Shown piece by piece: positions 46,089 to 55,691 of a stretch of DNA of 64,000 bases; position 1 is the first letter of the stretch; each line of letters opens with the position of its first letter. The notes below the pieces were generated by a model, which saw only the letters and a program-made list of their open reading frames with translations, was not told where the DNA came from and did not search any database. Source of the DNA: Acidobacteriota bacterium (GTDB lineage: Bacteria; Acidobacteriota; Thermoanaerobaculia; Multivoradales; J023); NCBI GenBank assembly GCA_039194425.1, contig JBCCVZ010000001.1:11117-75116 (forward strand), read 5' to 3'. The position numbers and the translations under genes are program-made.

Positions 46089-47456
46089 TCAGATCCAGCT
46101 CGCGATGTCGATGTTGCGGGTGGTGGTGATCACGGCGATCGCCGACGGCGAGCCGTCCTCGGTGTCTTCCGCCTCGAGCTTGATCGTCTCTTCGACACGG
46201 TCCGCGTTGGCCACCGCGGCGTCGTGCTCATAGAGGCCGACCTTGGGCCAGGTGAGCACCATGCCCTCGCGATAGGTGCCGCTGGTGCCGATCTGCGGAC
46301 CTTCGAAGCGGTGCTCTGCGGTGTATTGGGTCCGTCGCTGCTGGCCGTCGAGGAAATAGTCGCTGACGAGGCCGCGCTTCAGCTCGCAGCTGTGGCCACC
46401 CATGGCCTGGCGCTCGAGATCGTGGGCGTAGCGGCTGCCGCTGCCGCCGCGGCGCTGCATCGCGTCGGTGATGGTGTAGGAGCCGGTTTCGAGCTTGACC
46501 TCGGAGAACGACGGAGCGCCCTGTGCTTGGATCCGGAATCGCCAATGCGCCGAGGTCATGCGCGGCGTCGCGATCTGAGTCGCGGCCGGGAGCTGCCACC
46601 CGCCGATTGGCGCGAAGGTCCAGGTGTCGCCGACCGCGAGATCCGCATGGTCGGCCGCGCGGCCCGGGAAGACCGCCTCGAGCGGGTCTTTGTTCTCGCC
46701 GGAGACGATGCCGAGGTCGAATCCGTCGGGTCCGCGGCACTCGACGAAGAGGCTCTCGCCCGTCTCGTCGTAGAGCTGCTCGTGAGTTGGCCCAGCCCAG
46801 GTCGGGGCGGCTCCCTGCTCGACGCGGAAGGTGAGCGGGCTCGTCGACGCGACCTGCACATGGATCGCACCGCCTGCGCGATCGAGCAGCGGCCCGCGGA
46901 CCACGGGGGTATAGGCGTACGTTCCGGCGTTGCCCACGTCGGCGACGCCGGGGCCAAGCTCGGATCCGTGGAGCTGTTGCCCCTTGGCGCGGACCGGAAT
47001 CTCGTTGTTGTCGCCGATCGACCAGCCGAGCTCTTGGAGCTTGATGCCGTACATCCGCCACCGGCGGATGGGTTCGAGGTCGTAGTAGCCACCAAAGGAC
47101 TGAAGGTGGGTCTTCTGCTTGACGTGGTGCACTACGTACTGAAAGGCGCCCGTCTCGACCTCGGTCTTGGATTCGAGGTGCCCCATGAGGTGGACCATCG
47201 GCTCGATCAAGCGGCCGGCCGAGAACGCAGTCGCCAAGTCGAACGCCTCGCCCGTGACCGGCCCCGGAAGGCCCTTCTTCTTGAAGCCGCCGCGGGTGAT
47301 CTCGGCCGACTCGGACTCGGTGTGCTTGAGCCCGGCGCCGAGCGGTGGGATGAACTGCCATTCGACAGGGGTCGCGGTGTCGTCGGGTTGGCCGAGGGCG
47401 AGCTCGGGGCCGAGCAGGAGGCGCGTCGAGCGTCCGGTGGCGGGTTGTTTGCCCAT
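46089..47456 (-). CDS. Phage major structural protein (tail sheath/major tail candidate), 455 aa
   Basis: ORF in the structural operon. Position after the head-completion genes. Confidence 0.45.
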   Translation of the reverse strand: MGKQPATGRSTRLLLGPELALGQPDDTATPVEWQFIPPLGAGLKHTESESAEITRGGFKKKGLPGPVTGEAFDLATAFSAGRLIEPMVHLMGHLESKTEVETGAFQYVVHHVKQKTHLQSFGGYYDLEPIRRWRMYGIKLQELGWSIGDNNEIPVRAKGQQLHGSELGPGVADVGNAGTYAYTPVVRGPLLDRAGGAIHVQVASTSPLTFRVEQGAAPTWAGPTHEQLYDETGESLFVECRGPDGFDLGIVSGENKDPLEAVFPGRAADHADLAVGDTWTFAPIGGWQLPAATQIATPRMTSAHWRFRIQAQGAPSFSEVKLETGSYTITDAMQRRGGSGSRYAHDLERQAMGGHSCELKRGLVSDYFLDGQQRRTQYTAEHRFEGPQIGTSGTYREGMVLTWPKVGLYEHDAAVANADRVEETIKLEAEDTEDGSPSAIAVITTTRNIDIASWI

Positions 47457-47469
47457 GGGGTAGGTCTCC

Positions 47470-47958
47470 TCAGACGTAGTGGCTGGGCAGCACCGCGCCG
47501 GTGCTGCGCTGGATCTCGGTGTCGTAGACGGCGACGGTCTCGGAGAGCTGGAGGCCGCTGCCGCCGAGCAGGGTCGGCTGCGAGAGGCGCTGAAAATCGG
47601 TGAGCGCGAGGGTGAGCGCGTCGCCGGCGGGATCGACGAGTCGCCCGTTGTCGGTCGAGAGCGCCTGGTAGACGTCCCAGACGGCGCCGACCCAGGGCGG
47701 CGGTGTGCTGCTCAGCGAGTCGCCGGCGGGGGTGAGCACAGCGGTGATCACGTAGACGAGGTGTCCGTCGACGTCGCCCGCCTTCGCTCGGATGTCGAGC
47801 GCATCGGGCACGACGAGGCAGCTCCAGGCCGACAGGCTGCCGCTCTGCAGCACGTCGCGCGAGGGCGCGTAGCCGAAGGTGGTGAAGCGGTCGGCGACAG
47901 CGGGGTCGCTGCGCAGGCGCTCGAGGTGGGCCTCGAGGATGCGATCCCAGGGGGTCAC
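47470..47958 (-). CDS. Phage protein (162 aa)
   Basis: ORF. Confidence 0.45.
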   Translation of the reverse strand: MTPWDRILEAHLERLRSDPAVADRFTTFGYAPSRDVLQSGSLSAWSCLVVPDALDIRAKAGDVDGHLVYVITAVLTPAGDSLSSTPPPWVGAVWDVYQALSTDNGRLVDPAGDALTLALTDFQRLSQPTLLGGSGLQLSETVAVYDTEIQRSTGAVLPSHYV

Positions 47959-48419
47959 CTCGCGCCCTCCACGACGAAGCGCGCGCCGGCGTTGGCCATC
48001 TGGTCGAGGTCGGGCACGGCCGGGACGAGGAAGGGCCGGGCGGGGATCACGACGGTGCCGCGGCCTCCAGGCCCTGGCGCTCTGCCGCCCTCTTGGACGA
48101 GCGCCGCCGCCTCGTGCGCGGCGATCACCTCGACGCCCTCACCGCTGGGTGCGGCGCGAATCGAGTCGAGCAGCGAGCCGTCGCGCAGCAGCGGCGCGAG
48201 ACGCGTGTCGCCATAGCTGCGGCGGATCGCGATCGTCATCGGGTGGAGCGGCGGCCAGCCTGCCGCGTTGCGGCGCCCGGACGACTGGAGGTTGGCGCGC
48301 GCGCCCTGCTCGGCGACGACGGCGATGCGCGAGAGCAGAGGGCGCAGCTGGTGCGTCCGCCGGCTCATGGCGGCGAGGTCGGAGACGATCGGCTCGAGGC
48401 CGTGGACCTCGAGCGTCAT
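47955..48419 (-). CDS. Phage virion morphogenesis protein (Mu gpG / HK97 gp10-like)
   Basis: GWPPLHPMTIAIRRSYGDTRLAPLLRDGSLLDSIR resembles the tail-S/gp10 family. The parent ORF 47955..49079 is shadow sequence upstream. Confidence 0.5.
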   Translation of the reverse strand: MTLEVHGLEPIVSDLAAMSRRTHQLRPLLSRIAVVAEQGARANLQSSGRRNAAGWPPLHPMTIAIRRSYGDTRLAPLLRDGSLLDSIRAAPSGEGVEVIAAHEAAALVQEGGRAPGPGGRGTVVIPARPFLVPAVPDLDQMANAGARFVVEGAR

Positions 48420-48862
48420 GCCAGGTCCTCGGCGCGGAAGACACGGCCGCTCGGCGGCTTGCTGATCAGGATCCGCGGGCGCACCGCATCGCTGGTCTGC
48501 CGCGGCGTGAGCCCCGGGTCGGTCTGTTGGCTGGCGATCCGCTGCAGGTACGCCCGCGCGTCGCGTAGCTGAACAGTGACGTCGTCGGGCACTTGCTCGA
48601 CGACGGACTCGAACAGGCGGTACCAGGCGATCGCCGTGGCCGTGACCAGGATGTGCTCGGGCGTCGTCGCCTCGTCGAGCGCGTCGATTCGCGCGTCGTC
48701 GGGAGAGCGCGCGCGCAGCGCCTGGCGCACCTCGCCGTCGGCGGCGTCGAGGGCGCGGCCGATGGCCGCGTCCTGCTCCGCAGGGTCGAGGTGCTCCAGG
48801 CGTCGGCGCACACGCTCCTCGCCGCCGCGGCGGACGAAGAGGCCCTCGGGCGTGAGGATCAC
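48416..48862 (-). CDS. Phage head-tail connector-like protein (148 aa)
   Basis: ORF with ATGA coupling. Confidence 0.45.
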   Translation of the reverse strand: MILTPEGLFVRRGGEERVRRRLEHLDPAEQDAAIGRALDAADGEVRQALRARSPDDARIDALDEATTPEHILVTATAIAWYRLFESVVEQVPDDVTVQLRDARAYLQRIASQQTDPGLTPRQTSDAVRPRILISKPPSGRVFRAEDLA

Positions 48863-49308
48863 GAGGCTTTCTTCGTCCGACGGCGTTTCGGCGTGGGTTG
48901 CGGGTCAGGCTCCGGCTCGGGTTCGGGGTCCGGGTCCGGCTCGGGGCCCGGGTCCGGCTCGGGATCCGGCTCGGGTTCGGGGTCCCGGTCGGCCGTCTTG
49001 GTCTCTGGGCCGGGGTCCGGGTTCTCCGCCATCTCGCTCTCGAGGCCGAGAACCTGTGCACGCGGAAGGACCTCGACACCCTCGGGCGTCTCGACGCTCA
49101 GGCTGTCGCCGCGCGGGAGCTTCGCGGCGTCGACTGGCCCGGCGACCAGGTGGGGATCGCGCACGATCGGTTGCGGCAGCACGTCACAGTGCAGGATGAC
49201 TGGCCGGGAGCCGAAGACGATCTGTCGGTCCCAGACGGTCCGGCGGCGTGTGCCCGCCTTGGTGCGCAGGATGTGAAGAGAGGCGCGGACGAGGAAGAAC
49301 TCCATCAT
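48859..49308 (-). CDS. Phage protein with C-terminal Pro/Glu/Asp-rich repeat
   Basis: Internal ATG (MMEFFLVRASL...). PEPEPDPEPDPGPEPDPDPEPEPEP tail encoded by hexanucleotide tandem repeats at 48900-48990. Confidence 0.45.
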   Translation of the reverse strand: MMEFFLVRASLHILRTKAGTRRRTVWDRQIVFGSRPVILHCDVLPQPIVRDPHLVAGPVDAAKLPRGDSLSVETPEGVEVLPRAQVLGLESEMAENPDPGPETKTADRDPEPEPDPEPDPGPEPDPDPEPEPEPDPQPTPKRRRTKKAS

Positions 49309-50288
49309 CAGCCTCCCTGGTAGTCGTCGTACTCGACGGCGCCTTGCGGCAGACCGACGCGAATGCCGTAGATCGATTTCAACCCCGTGGCGATCATTCC
49401 GCTCGGAACTTGATCGCCGGTCCACGTATCGGGCCAGGGGTTCCTGTCGCGAACGAAGAAGACCGCCGGGAATCCGCTGTTGCGCGCGAAGACGTGGACC
49501 TTGCGCGCCGGTCCCGGATAGATCGGGCTGTAGAAGAGATCGAACGTGCCGCGATCGCTGTTCTTGATGCGGCCAGTCGGGGTCTCGAGCTCTTCTTCGA
49601 CGAGGACGGTTTGGAACGCCTTCAAGTACTCCTCGTCGTAGACATAGATGGTCAGCTGCGAGCGGCCGACGATCCGGGTCGTTCGCGACCGGAAGTGGGT
49701 GTTGTGGTGGAGGCGGTGGCGGGCGGACTGCAGGAGCCGGCGGACGTCGGACGAGCTCGGCGACGCGACGCTGTCGGTGATCGCCTCGGTGATCTGGATG
49801 GCGTTGCTGTAGCTCTGCCCGTCGGGGTGCTCGTGGTCGGTGTCGAAAAAGTCCTGCCCGTCATAGGCCGTCGGATTGCTGTTCAGCAACTCGATGGTCC
49901 GCTGCAGCTCGTCGCGGCGGAGCTCGGCGCCGATCTGAGGCATCGCGTTGGCGAGTCGGAGCACCGTCTGCTCCCGATCTGCATTGACCTCGTCGATGGC
50001 GATGTAGCTCGACCAGCCGCGCATTGCGACGTCCCATTTCAGGGCGTTGAGCTGTGCGAAGACGGCCACTTGCTCGTCCCAGCTGAAGACCTGCGGGAAG
50101 ACAAAGAAGTCTTCGAGCTGGAGCGGATTCGGTCGCGGGCCTGTCGTGCTGTCGATGTAGTGCACGATGCCCGCCGCGATCAGCGACTCGATGTTCACTT
50201 CCTGGCGGTCGTACCCGTCGAGTCCCAGTAGCCGGAGATTTCGAGACTGCACGAGTCGCTGCAGATTGGTGATTGCACTACTGCTCAT
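49308..50288 (-). CDS. Putative major capsid protein (Mu gpT-like)
   Basis: Position right after the protease/scaffold. About 326 aa. Internal ATG (MSSSAITNLQRLV). Confidence 0.5.
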   Translation of the reverse strand: MSSSAITNLQRLVQSRNLRLLGLDGYDRQEVNIESLIAAGIVHYIDSTTGPRPNPLQLEDFFVFPQVFSWDEQVAVFAQLNALKWDVAMRGWSSYIAIDEVNADREQTVLRLANAMPQIGAELRRDELQRTIELLNSNPTAYDGQDFFDTDHEHPDGQSYSNAIQITEAITDSVASPSSSDVRRLLQSARHRLHHNTHFRSRTTRIVGRSQLTIYVYDEEYLKAFQTVLVEEELETPTGRIKNSDRGTFDLFYSPIYPGPARKVHVFARNSGFPAVFFVRDRNPWPDTWTGDQVPSGMIATGLKSIYGIRVGLPQGAVEYDDYQGG

Positions 50289-50791
50289 CAGGGGACTCCT
50301 TGGGCCGCAGCGGCCACCGGATCGACGTACCACCAGGTCTTGGTGCGGTCGAGACCGCGCGGCAGGTCGACGGTTTCTTGGTAGAGCGCACGGCCCGCCA
50401 CGATCGCGTTCGTGACGCCGGCCGCGTTGAAAGTGAGCTGCTCGTCGTCGACGACGTAGAGCAGGTTTCCGGCCCCGGGAGTCCCTCCGCCCACGACCTC
50501 GGCGAGGAAGACGCGGTCGGTCTCGAAGCGCACCACGCCGGCGTGGGATGGGCCTCCGGTGTTGTTGAAGGCCACGTTGCGGTGGGCGTCGGGGTCGTCG
50601 GGGAAGCGTTGCGGGATGGCGATGCCGCCCCAGCGGTGGCCCGCGAGGTCGGCTCCCGGGCTGGCGAGACCTTGCGCATCGAGGATCACGAAGGCGCCGA
50701 TGTGAAAGAGGGTGTCGGCGGCGACATGGGCATGGGTCGAGCGCATGGCGCGGCCCAGCTGGTACGGCCGTTCGAAGGCTGCTTGGAGCAT
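50288..50791 (-). CDS. Phage head protein (167 aa)
   Basis: ORF between the protease and the capsid gene. Confidence 0.45.
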   Translation of the reverse strand: MLQAAFERPYQLGRAMRSTHAHVAADTLFHIGAFVILDAQGLASPGADLAGHRWGGIAIPQRFPDDPDAHRNVAFNNTGGPSHAGVVRFETDRVFLAEVVGGGTPGAGNLLYVVDDEQLTFNAAGVTNAIVAGRALYQETVDLPRGLDRTKTWWYVDPVAAAAQGVP

Positions 50792-52317
50792 CAGCCGTCC
50801 CCCTTCAGCGGGTATTTCTGGGCGAGCTCAGCGGCCCTCTCGGGCGCCAGGCCGTGGGCGGAGGCGACCGGAGGGGCGTCGTGCTCGGGGCCCGCGAGCG
50901 AGCCAGCGCCCATCGCCTCGAAGGCGGGGGCGGCGTCGAGCGCGGCGACCACCTGGTCCCGGAGCGTCGCGGCGTCGAGGAGGTGGGACGAGTCGCCGGC
51001 GCGCGCGGCGAGCTCGAGCTGATGGAGCAGCTGCGGCACTCCGGCGTCCCGCATCGCTGGCGTGAGCTGATGGCTCGCGGTCAGGCGGTCGACGTGGCCC
51101 TGTGCTGCTGCGTGCGCATCGGCTTGAAGCCAGCCGAAGGGCTCCCGCGCGTTGAGGCGGTCGATCTGCGCGTCTTGGTCGGCAGGGGCCATGCCGCGCA
51201 GCGCGGCACGCATGAACGCGTGCTCGTCCTGGGGCACGCGGGTTGCGAGCGCTTGCTCGAGACGCGCCGAGCCCCGCGGCTCGGGGGGTGGCGGCGCGTG
51301 GTGGTGCCGCGGGGGTGCAGCTTGTGTAGGCGGGGTCGCTGCGGGCGTCTCGGCGGCCGGTGGTTGGGCCGCGGGCGCCGGCGTCGACTCGGGGGACGTC
51401 GTCGGGGTGCTCATGGTGCGGGCTCCTCGGGTCTGTGGCTCCGGGGTGGAGTCGTCGTCGGTGATGGGCTCCTCGGGCGGCGAGGCCGCGCCGGTGAGCT
51501 CGGCGATCAAGCTCGAGTAGGAGGGGACGATGCGGTCGACGAGGCCGGGCGGCGCCGCGGCGGCGGTCCAGTAGCGGCCTTCGAGCGCGTCGACGTCGGC
51601 CTGCGACAGGCCGCGGTGCTGGGTGAGCGCCTGCACCAACTGCGCTTCGGTCTCGTCGACAAAGCGCTGGTAGTTCTCCGTCATCGCGTCCGTAACCGGG
51701 GCACCTTGGACGAAGTCGGCCTTGCGGCGCTGGGTTTGCACGACGACGCGGCGCCATCCGATCGACGCCTCGTGGAGCGAGCTGTCCCAGAAGGCCGAAT
51801 AGGCGCCGAGGCTGCCGACGGTGGCGGTGGGCTCGGCGACGATCTCGGTGCACGGCGAGAGCAGCCAGTAGGCTGCAGACGTCGCCGCGCCGTCGGCGAA
51901 TCCGACGACGGTCTTGGTCGCCGCGAGTTCGGCGACGGCATGGATCGCGCCCCACAGGCCGCTCGTCGAGCCGCCCGGCGAGTCGTCGGACCAGAGCAGG
52001 ACGGTCTCGATCGAGTCGTCGGCGCGGGCGCGCTCGGCGGCCTGGACGATCGCCGGATAGGTGGTCGCGACGCGGGAGGACCACCACGGCGGGTCGCGGC
52101 GGTCGAGCGCGCCGGCGACGCGGATCTGCGCCACGCCCGGGGCGAGCTGGCGGTAGACCTCGAACTCGTCGCGCTCGGGAGGGTCGTCCCACAGGAACGC
52201 ATCGGGGCTCGGGAGGGCCCAGTGGGCGATGGCCATGACCGGCGGCGGTGCGATCGGGCGGGCATTCGGACGCAGGCCGAGCCGCTCCGCGGCGCGGCGG
52301 ACGAGGTTACGCGGCAT
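50791..52317 (-). CDS. Prohead protease (S49/ClpP-fold) fused to scaffold-like C-terminal region
   Basis: VLLWSDDSPGGSTSGLWGAIHAV...GFADGAATSAAYWLLSPCTEIVAEPTATVGSLG matches the SppA/S49 pattern. Pro/Ala-rich linker and a helical C-terminus. Confidence 0.6.
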   Translation of the reverse strand: MPRNLVRRAAERLGLRPNARPIAPPPVMAIAHWALPSPDAFLWDDPPERDEFEVYRQLAPGVAQIRVAGALDRRDPPWWSSRVATTYPAIVQAAERARADDSIETVLLWSDDSPGGSTSGLWGAIHAVAELAATKTVVGFADGAATSAAYWLLSPCTEIVAEPTATVGSLGAYSAFWDSSLHEASIGWRRVVVQTQRRKADFVQGAPVTDAMTENYQRFVDETEAQLVQALTQHRGLSQADVDALEGRYWTAAAAPPGLVDRIVPSYSSLIAELTGAASPPEEPITDDDSTPEPQTRGARTMSTPTTSPESTPAPAAQPPAAETPAATPPTQAAPPRHHHAPPPPEPRGSARLEQALATRVPQDEHAFMRAALRGMAPADQDAQIDRLNAREPFGWLQADAHAAAQGHVDRLTASHQLTPAMRDAGVPQLLHQLELAARAGDSSHLLDAATLRDQVVAALDAAPAFEAMGAGSLAGPEHDAPPVASAHGLAPERAAELAQKYPLKGDG

Positions 52318-53653
52318 CAGCGATCTCCTCGGTGGGTGGCGGGTCGGCGGCGGGAGGGGCGGGGACCACCTGCGAGGCGCCCTCGACGGCGGGCTCGCCG
52401 TCGCGCAGGGCAGGGACGCGCCAGACCTTGCGCGCGTGCCGCTCGGGCACCGCGACACCGTGCGCGAGCGCGGCAGCGATGCCGTTGAAGAGCTGCTCGC
52501 GGTCCTCGAGCTCGAGCGTGTCGAAGGCGAAGTCGGGCACGGCGACCCGCGGGCCGAAGTTGATCCGCACGAGGGGCGCGACGAGGTCGCACTGCAGCGT
52601 CTTCTGCAGGGTCCGCGCGTCGGCGACGATCGCCTCGCTCCTGATCTCGGAGGCGACCTTGTCGGAGGCGAACGCGCCGACGCCCGGGCGAAGGCCGAGC
52701 GTGTTCACCTCGCCGTTGAAGAGGCGGCCAATCTCGCGCCGCAGAGCGTCGCAGAACTCGGCATAGGTGCCGTTGCTCGAGCGCATGGCTTCGAGCAAGA
52801 CGAGTTCGACATCCTCGGGGAGAGCAATGGCTTGCTCGGTCTGGAAGGACTCGGCGGCAGCGAGGACTGCCTGCTGCATTTTCGCGTCGGCAGCTTTCGC
52901 CTCGTCGCCCTGGCCTTTCGCGCGCGGGTACTTGCCAACTGGCGTTGGCTGCGCGTATCTCTCGAGGAAGATTGCCCAGAATGCCCGCGCATGCTTGAGC
53001 ACGAACCAGGACAGATAGCAGCGATCGAGCAGTCCGGGGCCACCCCAGGGAGAGTCGACGCTGCCGGAGCGCATCACGAGGAATTTCAGCTCGGGGGCGC
53101 GCGGTGGCTCGCTCGTCGTGCGGCGGACATGCAAGTCGCGCCGCCGGAAGAGAAAGCGCCGCATCGGCCGGTCGTAGACGCGGAGCGGTGCCCAGCGGCC
53201 CGCCCAGGGGCCGTCGGCGATCTCGCCCCACTCGAGCTCGGTGAAGCTGATGCCGCGCCCGCGCATGTCGACGAGACCTTTGTGCAGCGCCGTGTCGAAG
53301 TCGGGGATCGCCGCGTCTTCGGGATCGATGCCGGTCTCGCCGAGCAGGTGGCGCACGAAGTCGGCGGCTTTGCGGTCGATCGGCCGCGGCCCGCCGGGAG
53401 TCACCAGCCGCGGCAGGCTGAGCACGGCGTCGGCGCGGCGAATCGAGACGGCCGCGATCATCGCGTCGCGCTCCATCTCGTCGTAGAGCCCGCCGAGCGC
53501 TTGCCCGGGCTTCGAGCGCGTCGCCAGGATCTCGGACGGGTGCGGCTCTTCCCACAGGCGTCCGGTGCGCGGTCCCCACAGGCGCCACTCGGTGGTCGAT
53601 TCGGCGTCGGCCATCTGGCGGCCGAGCCATGTGGAGCGGCGCGGGTCAGGCAT
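52307..53653 (-). CDS. Phage portal protein (Mu gp29/DUF935-like)
   Basis: Position between TerL and the protease. About 449 aa. Internal ATG (MPDPRR). Confidence 0.55.
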   Translation of the reverse strand: MPDPRRSTWLGRQMADAESTTEWRLWGPRTGRLWEEPHPSEILATRSKPGQALGGLYDEMERDAMIAAVSIRRADAVLSLPRLVTPGGPRPIDRKAADFVRHLLGETGIDPEDAAIPDFDTALHKGLVDMRGRGISFTELEWGEIADGPWAGRWAPLRVYDRPMRRFLFRRRDLHVRRTTSEPPRAPELKFLVMRSGSVDSPWGGPGLLDRCYLSWFVLKHARAFWAIFLERYAQPTPVGKYPRAKGQGDEAKAADAKMQQAVLAAAESFQTEQAIALPEDVELVLLEAMRSSNGTYAEFCDALRREIGRLFNGEVNTLGLRPGVGAFASDKVASEIRSEAIVADARTLQKTLQCDLVAPLVRINFGPRVAVPDFAFDTLELEDREQLFNGIAAALAHGVAVPERHARKVWRVPALRDGEPAVEGASQVVPAPPAADPPPTEEIADAA

Positions 53654-55691
53654 CGCGGAGCTCCTGAAGCATCCGCGCCGAGGGCCGCATGCGTCGACGC
53701 GTGGCGCCCTGCGTCGCCGCCTGGCGCCATCCGTCGACATCCGGCGCCGTGCGGCGCGCGGTGGCGCCACGCGGCGCCGAGCGGCCGGACTGGAGCAGGG
53801 CGATCAGGCCCCAGGGGTCGTCGTGGCCGCGCATCTGGTCGCGCAGACGCAGGTGCAGCACTTGGAGGGCAACGACCAGGTGGTCGGGAGCCTGGACGGG
53901 GTTGAAGGCGCGGCCGTGGCGCCCCGGGCGGGCGGTGTAGCGCGTCAGCTGCCGCAGCAGCACCGGGTCGGGCGGCAGGCGCAGCCTGCGCGCGGAGATC
54001 GCGCGCTCCATCGCCTGGACGGCGGCTTCTTTGAGGCCGATCTTGAGCGGCTTGCCGTCCTCGTCTTCCAGCGCGCGGCCGTCGTCGCCGAGCGCTTGGG
54101 TCGTGGTGTTGAGCAGGTAGCCGGTGTGCTCGAGCGTGATCGCTGCGCCGTCGACCCTGGCCTGCTCGGAGCTGAGCAGTTGCTCGACGAGGCCAACGCC
54201 GACGCCCCCGGTGCTGTCGAGCCCCCAGCCGAGCGCCGGGCGGAGGATCGACTCGAGCGCGTAGAGCAGGTCGCCTTGGGCGGTATAGCCGAGCGCTCGG
54301 CACTGGATGCGCAGCACGAGGGTGGTGCGAGCACCGTCGACGCGGGCGACGAGGATCTCGGTCGGGTCGCGCTGCACGCCGACATCGACGCCGACGACGA
54401 GTTCGCCCTCGGGCGCTTCGATGTAGCGCTCGAGTAGCTCGATCCAGCCCGCCACGCGCTCGTGGCGCTCGGACTCGGCGACATGGAGGGCGTCGAGCTG
54501 GAGATCCTCGCGGGCGATCGGAATCCGCGGCGTCGTGCTCTCGATCTCGAGCTCCGAGTCGGCGAGGGATGCGCCGATGTGGAGGTGCTCGCGGATCCGG
54601 TGCGCCTCGAGGTAGAGCCGGTCGGCGCCTTCGTCGTGGAGCAGCTCGAGCGAGCGATAGCCGTCGATCGACTCGACGCAGTGCTGCACGGATGACCACG
54701 GATGCACGCTCTCGACCGGGTCACCGTGGAGCCCGAGAACGTTCTGGAGGTAGCCGATTGAGTCGCGCCCGCCGTATTTGGTCGCCAGCTCGGCGTCGCG
54801 CTCGGGCGTCCAGAACGGCGGCGGCATCATGCTCTTCGGCCAGCGCAGCGTGATGAAGCCCGAGGTGGCAGGGATCGCGAGCGGGTCGACTTCGGGGCTG
54901 CGCTCACACAGCTCGACGTACTCGGACGGTTGCCCGTTCGGCACGCCGGAGACGATGGTGCGGCAGCCGGGGAGGCGACGGGCGTAGAAGTCGTCCCACA
55001 CGCGGCGGCTGGTGACGTCGGGCGCTTCGTCGAGCCAGGCGGCGACGCCGATGTGGAGCGACCGAATCGCCTTGGTCGCCGGCCGGAACTTGAGCAGGCA
55101 TTTCGAGGCGCCGTCTCGGCCCGCGATTCCGACGACTTTGTAGGGCGAAAGCTTGGTGTCGCGCTTCAGGATGCGGCGACGTAGCACGTCGGAGCCCTCG
55201 ACCTGCTGCATGAGCGCGTCGTGGAGGCCGCTCACCTGGCTGTCGTAGGCGGCGGCGATCAGCTGCTCGCCGGGGAAGACGGTGGCGAGGTAGACGGCGC
55301 CGAGGACGATCGTGCGGGTCTTTCCGGTCTCTGAGCCGCACTGGAAGACCACCTGGGGCGGTGCGGCCGGCGCAAAGGCGGCGATGTAGTCGATCGCCGT
55401 GCGCTGGTAGTCGAAAAGGCGCCACGGCTTCGGCCGGCCCCACGTGTCGAGCTGGTCGTACTCCCGAAAGAAGACCTCGCCGAAGCGCGACGGCGTGGAC
55501 CAGATCAGGAACTCGAGATAGGCGTCGGCGTCGGGGAAGGCGCCGAGCCCCTTCGAGGCGTCGCCCCACCAGCGATCGCTGGTGATGTCGTCGGGAGCGA
55601 TCCCGCGCGCCGCGGCGTCGTCGGCGATCCACCGCGGCAAGTCCTCGTGGATCGCCTCGAGGCCATTGCCCAGGTCGGCGAAGAGGCTCAT
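53646..55691 (-). CDS. Terminase large subunit
   Basis: Walker A QCGSETGKTRT, an ATPase domain, and a C-terminal RNaseH-like nuclease region. Confidence 0.8.
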   Translation of the reverse strand: MSLFADLGNGLEAIHEDLPRWIADDAAARGIAPDDITSDRWWGDASKGLGAFPDADAYLEFLIWSTPSRFGEVFFREYDQLDTWGRPKPWRLFDYQRTAIDYIAAFAPAAPPQVVFQCGSETGKTRTIVLGAVYLATVFPGEQLIAAAYDSQVSGLHDALMQQVEGSDVLRRRILKRDTKLSPYKVVGIAGRDGASKCLLKFRPATKAIRSLHIGVAAWLDEAPDVTSRRVWDDFYARRLPGCRTIVSGVPNGQPSEYVELCERSPEVDPLAIPATSGFITLRWPKSMMPPPFWTPERDAELATKYGGRDSIGYLQNVLGLHGDPVESVHPWSSVQHCVESIDGYRSLELLHDEGADRLYLEAHRIREHLHIGASLADSELEIESTTPRIPIAREDLQLDALHVAESERHERVAGWIELLERYIEAPEGELVVGVDVGVQRDPTEILVARVDGARTTLVLRIQCRALGYTAQGDLLYALESILRPALGWGLDSTGGVGVGLVEQLLSSEQARVDGAAITLEHTGYLLNTTTQALGDDGRALEDEDGKPLKIGLKEAAVQAMERAISARRLRLPPDPVLLRQLTRYTARPGRHGRAFNPVQAPDHLVVALQVLHLRLRDQMRGHDDPWGLIALLQSGRSAPRGATARRTAPDVDGWRQAATQGATRRRMRPSARMLQELRDA

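Noticed and set aside
47955-49079. 374-aa ORF spanning three real genes
   Set aside because: The N-terminal two-thirds is Arg/Pro junk in another frame of the 148-aa and PE-repeat genes. Only the C-terminal 154 aa (47955-48419) looks like a real gpG/gp10-like protein.
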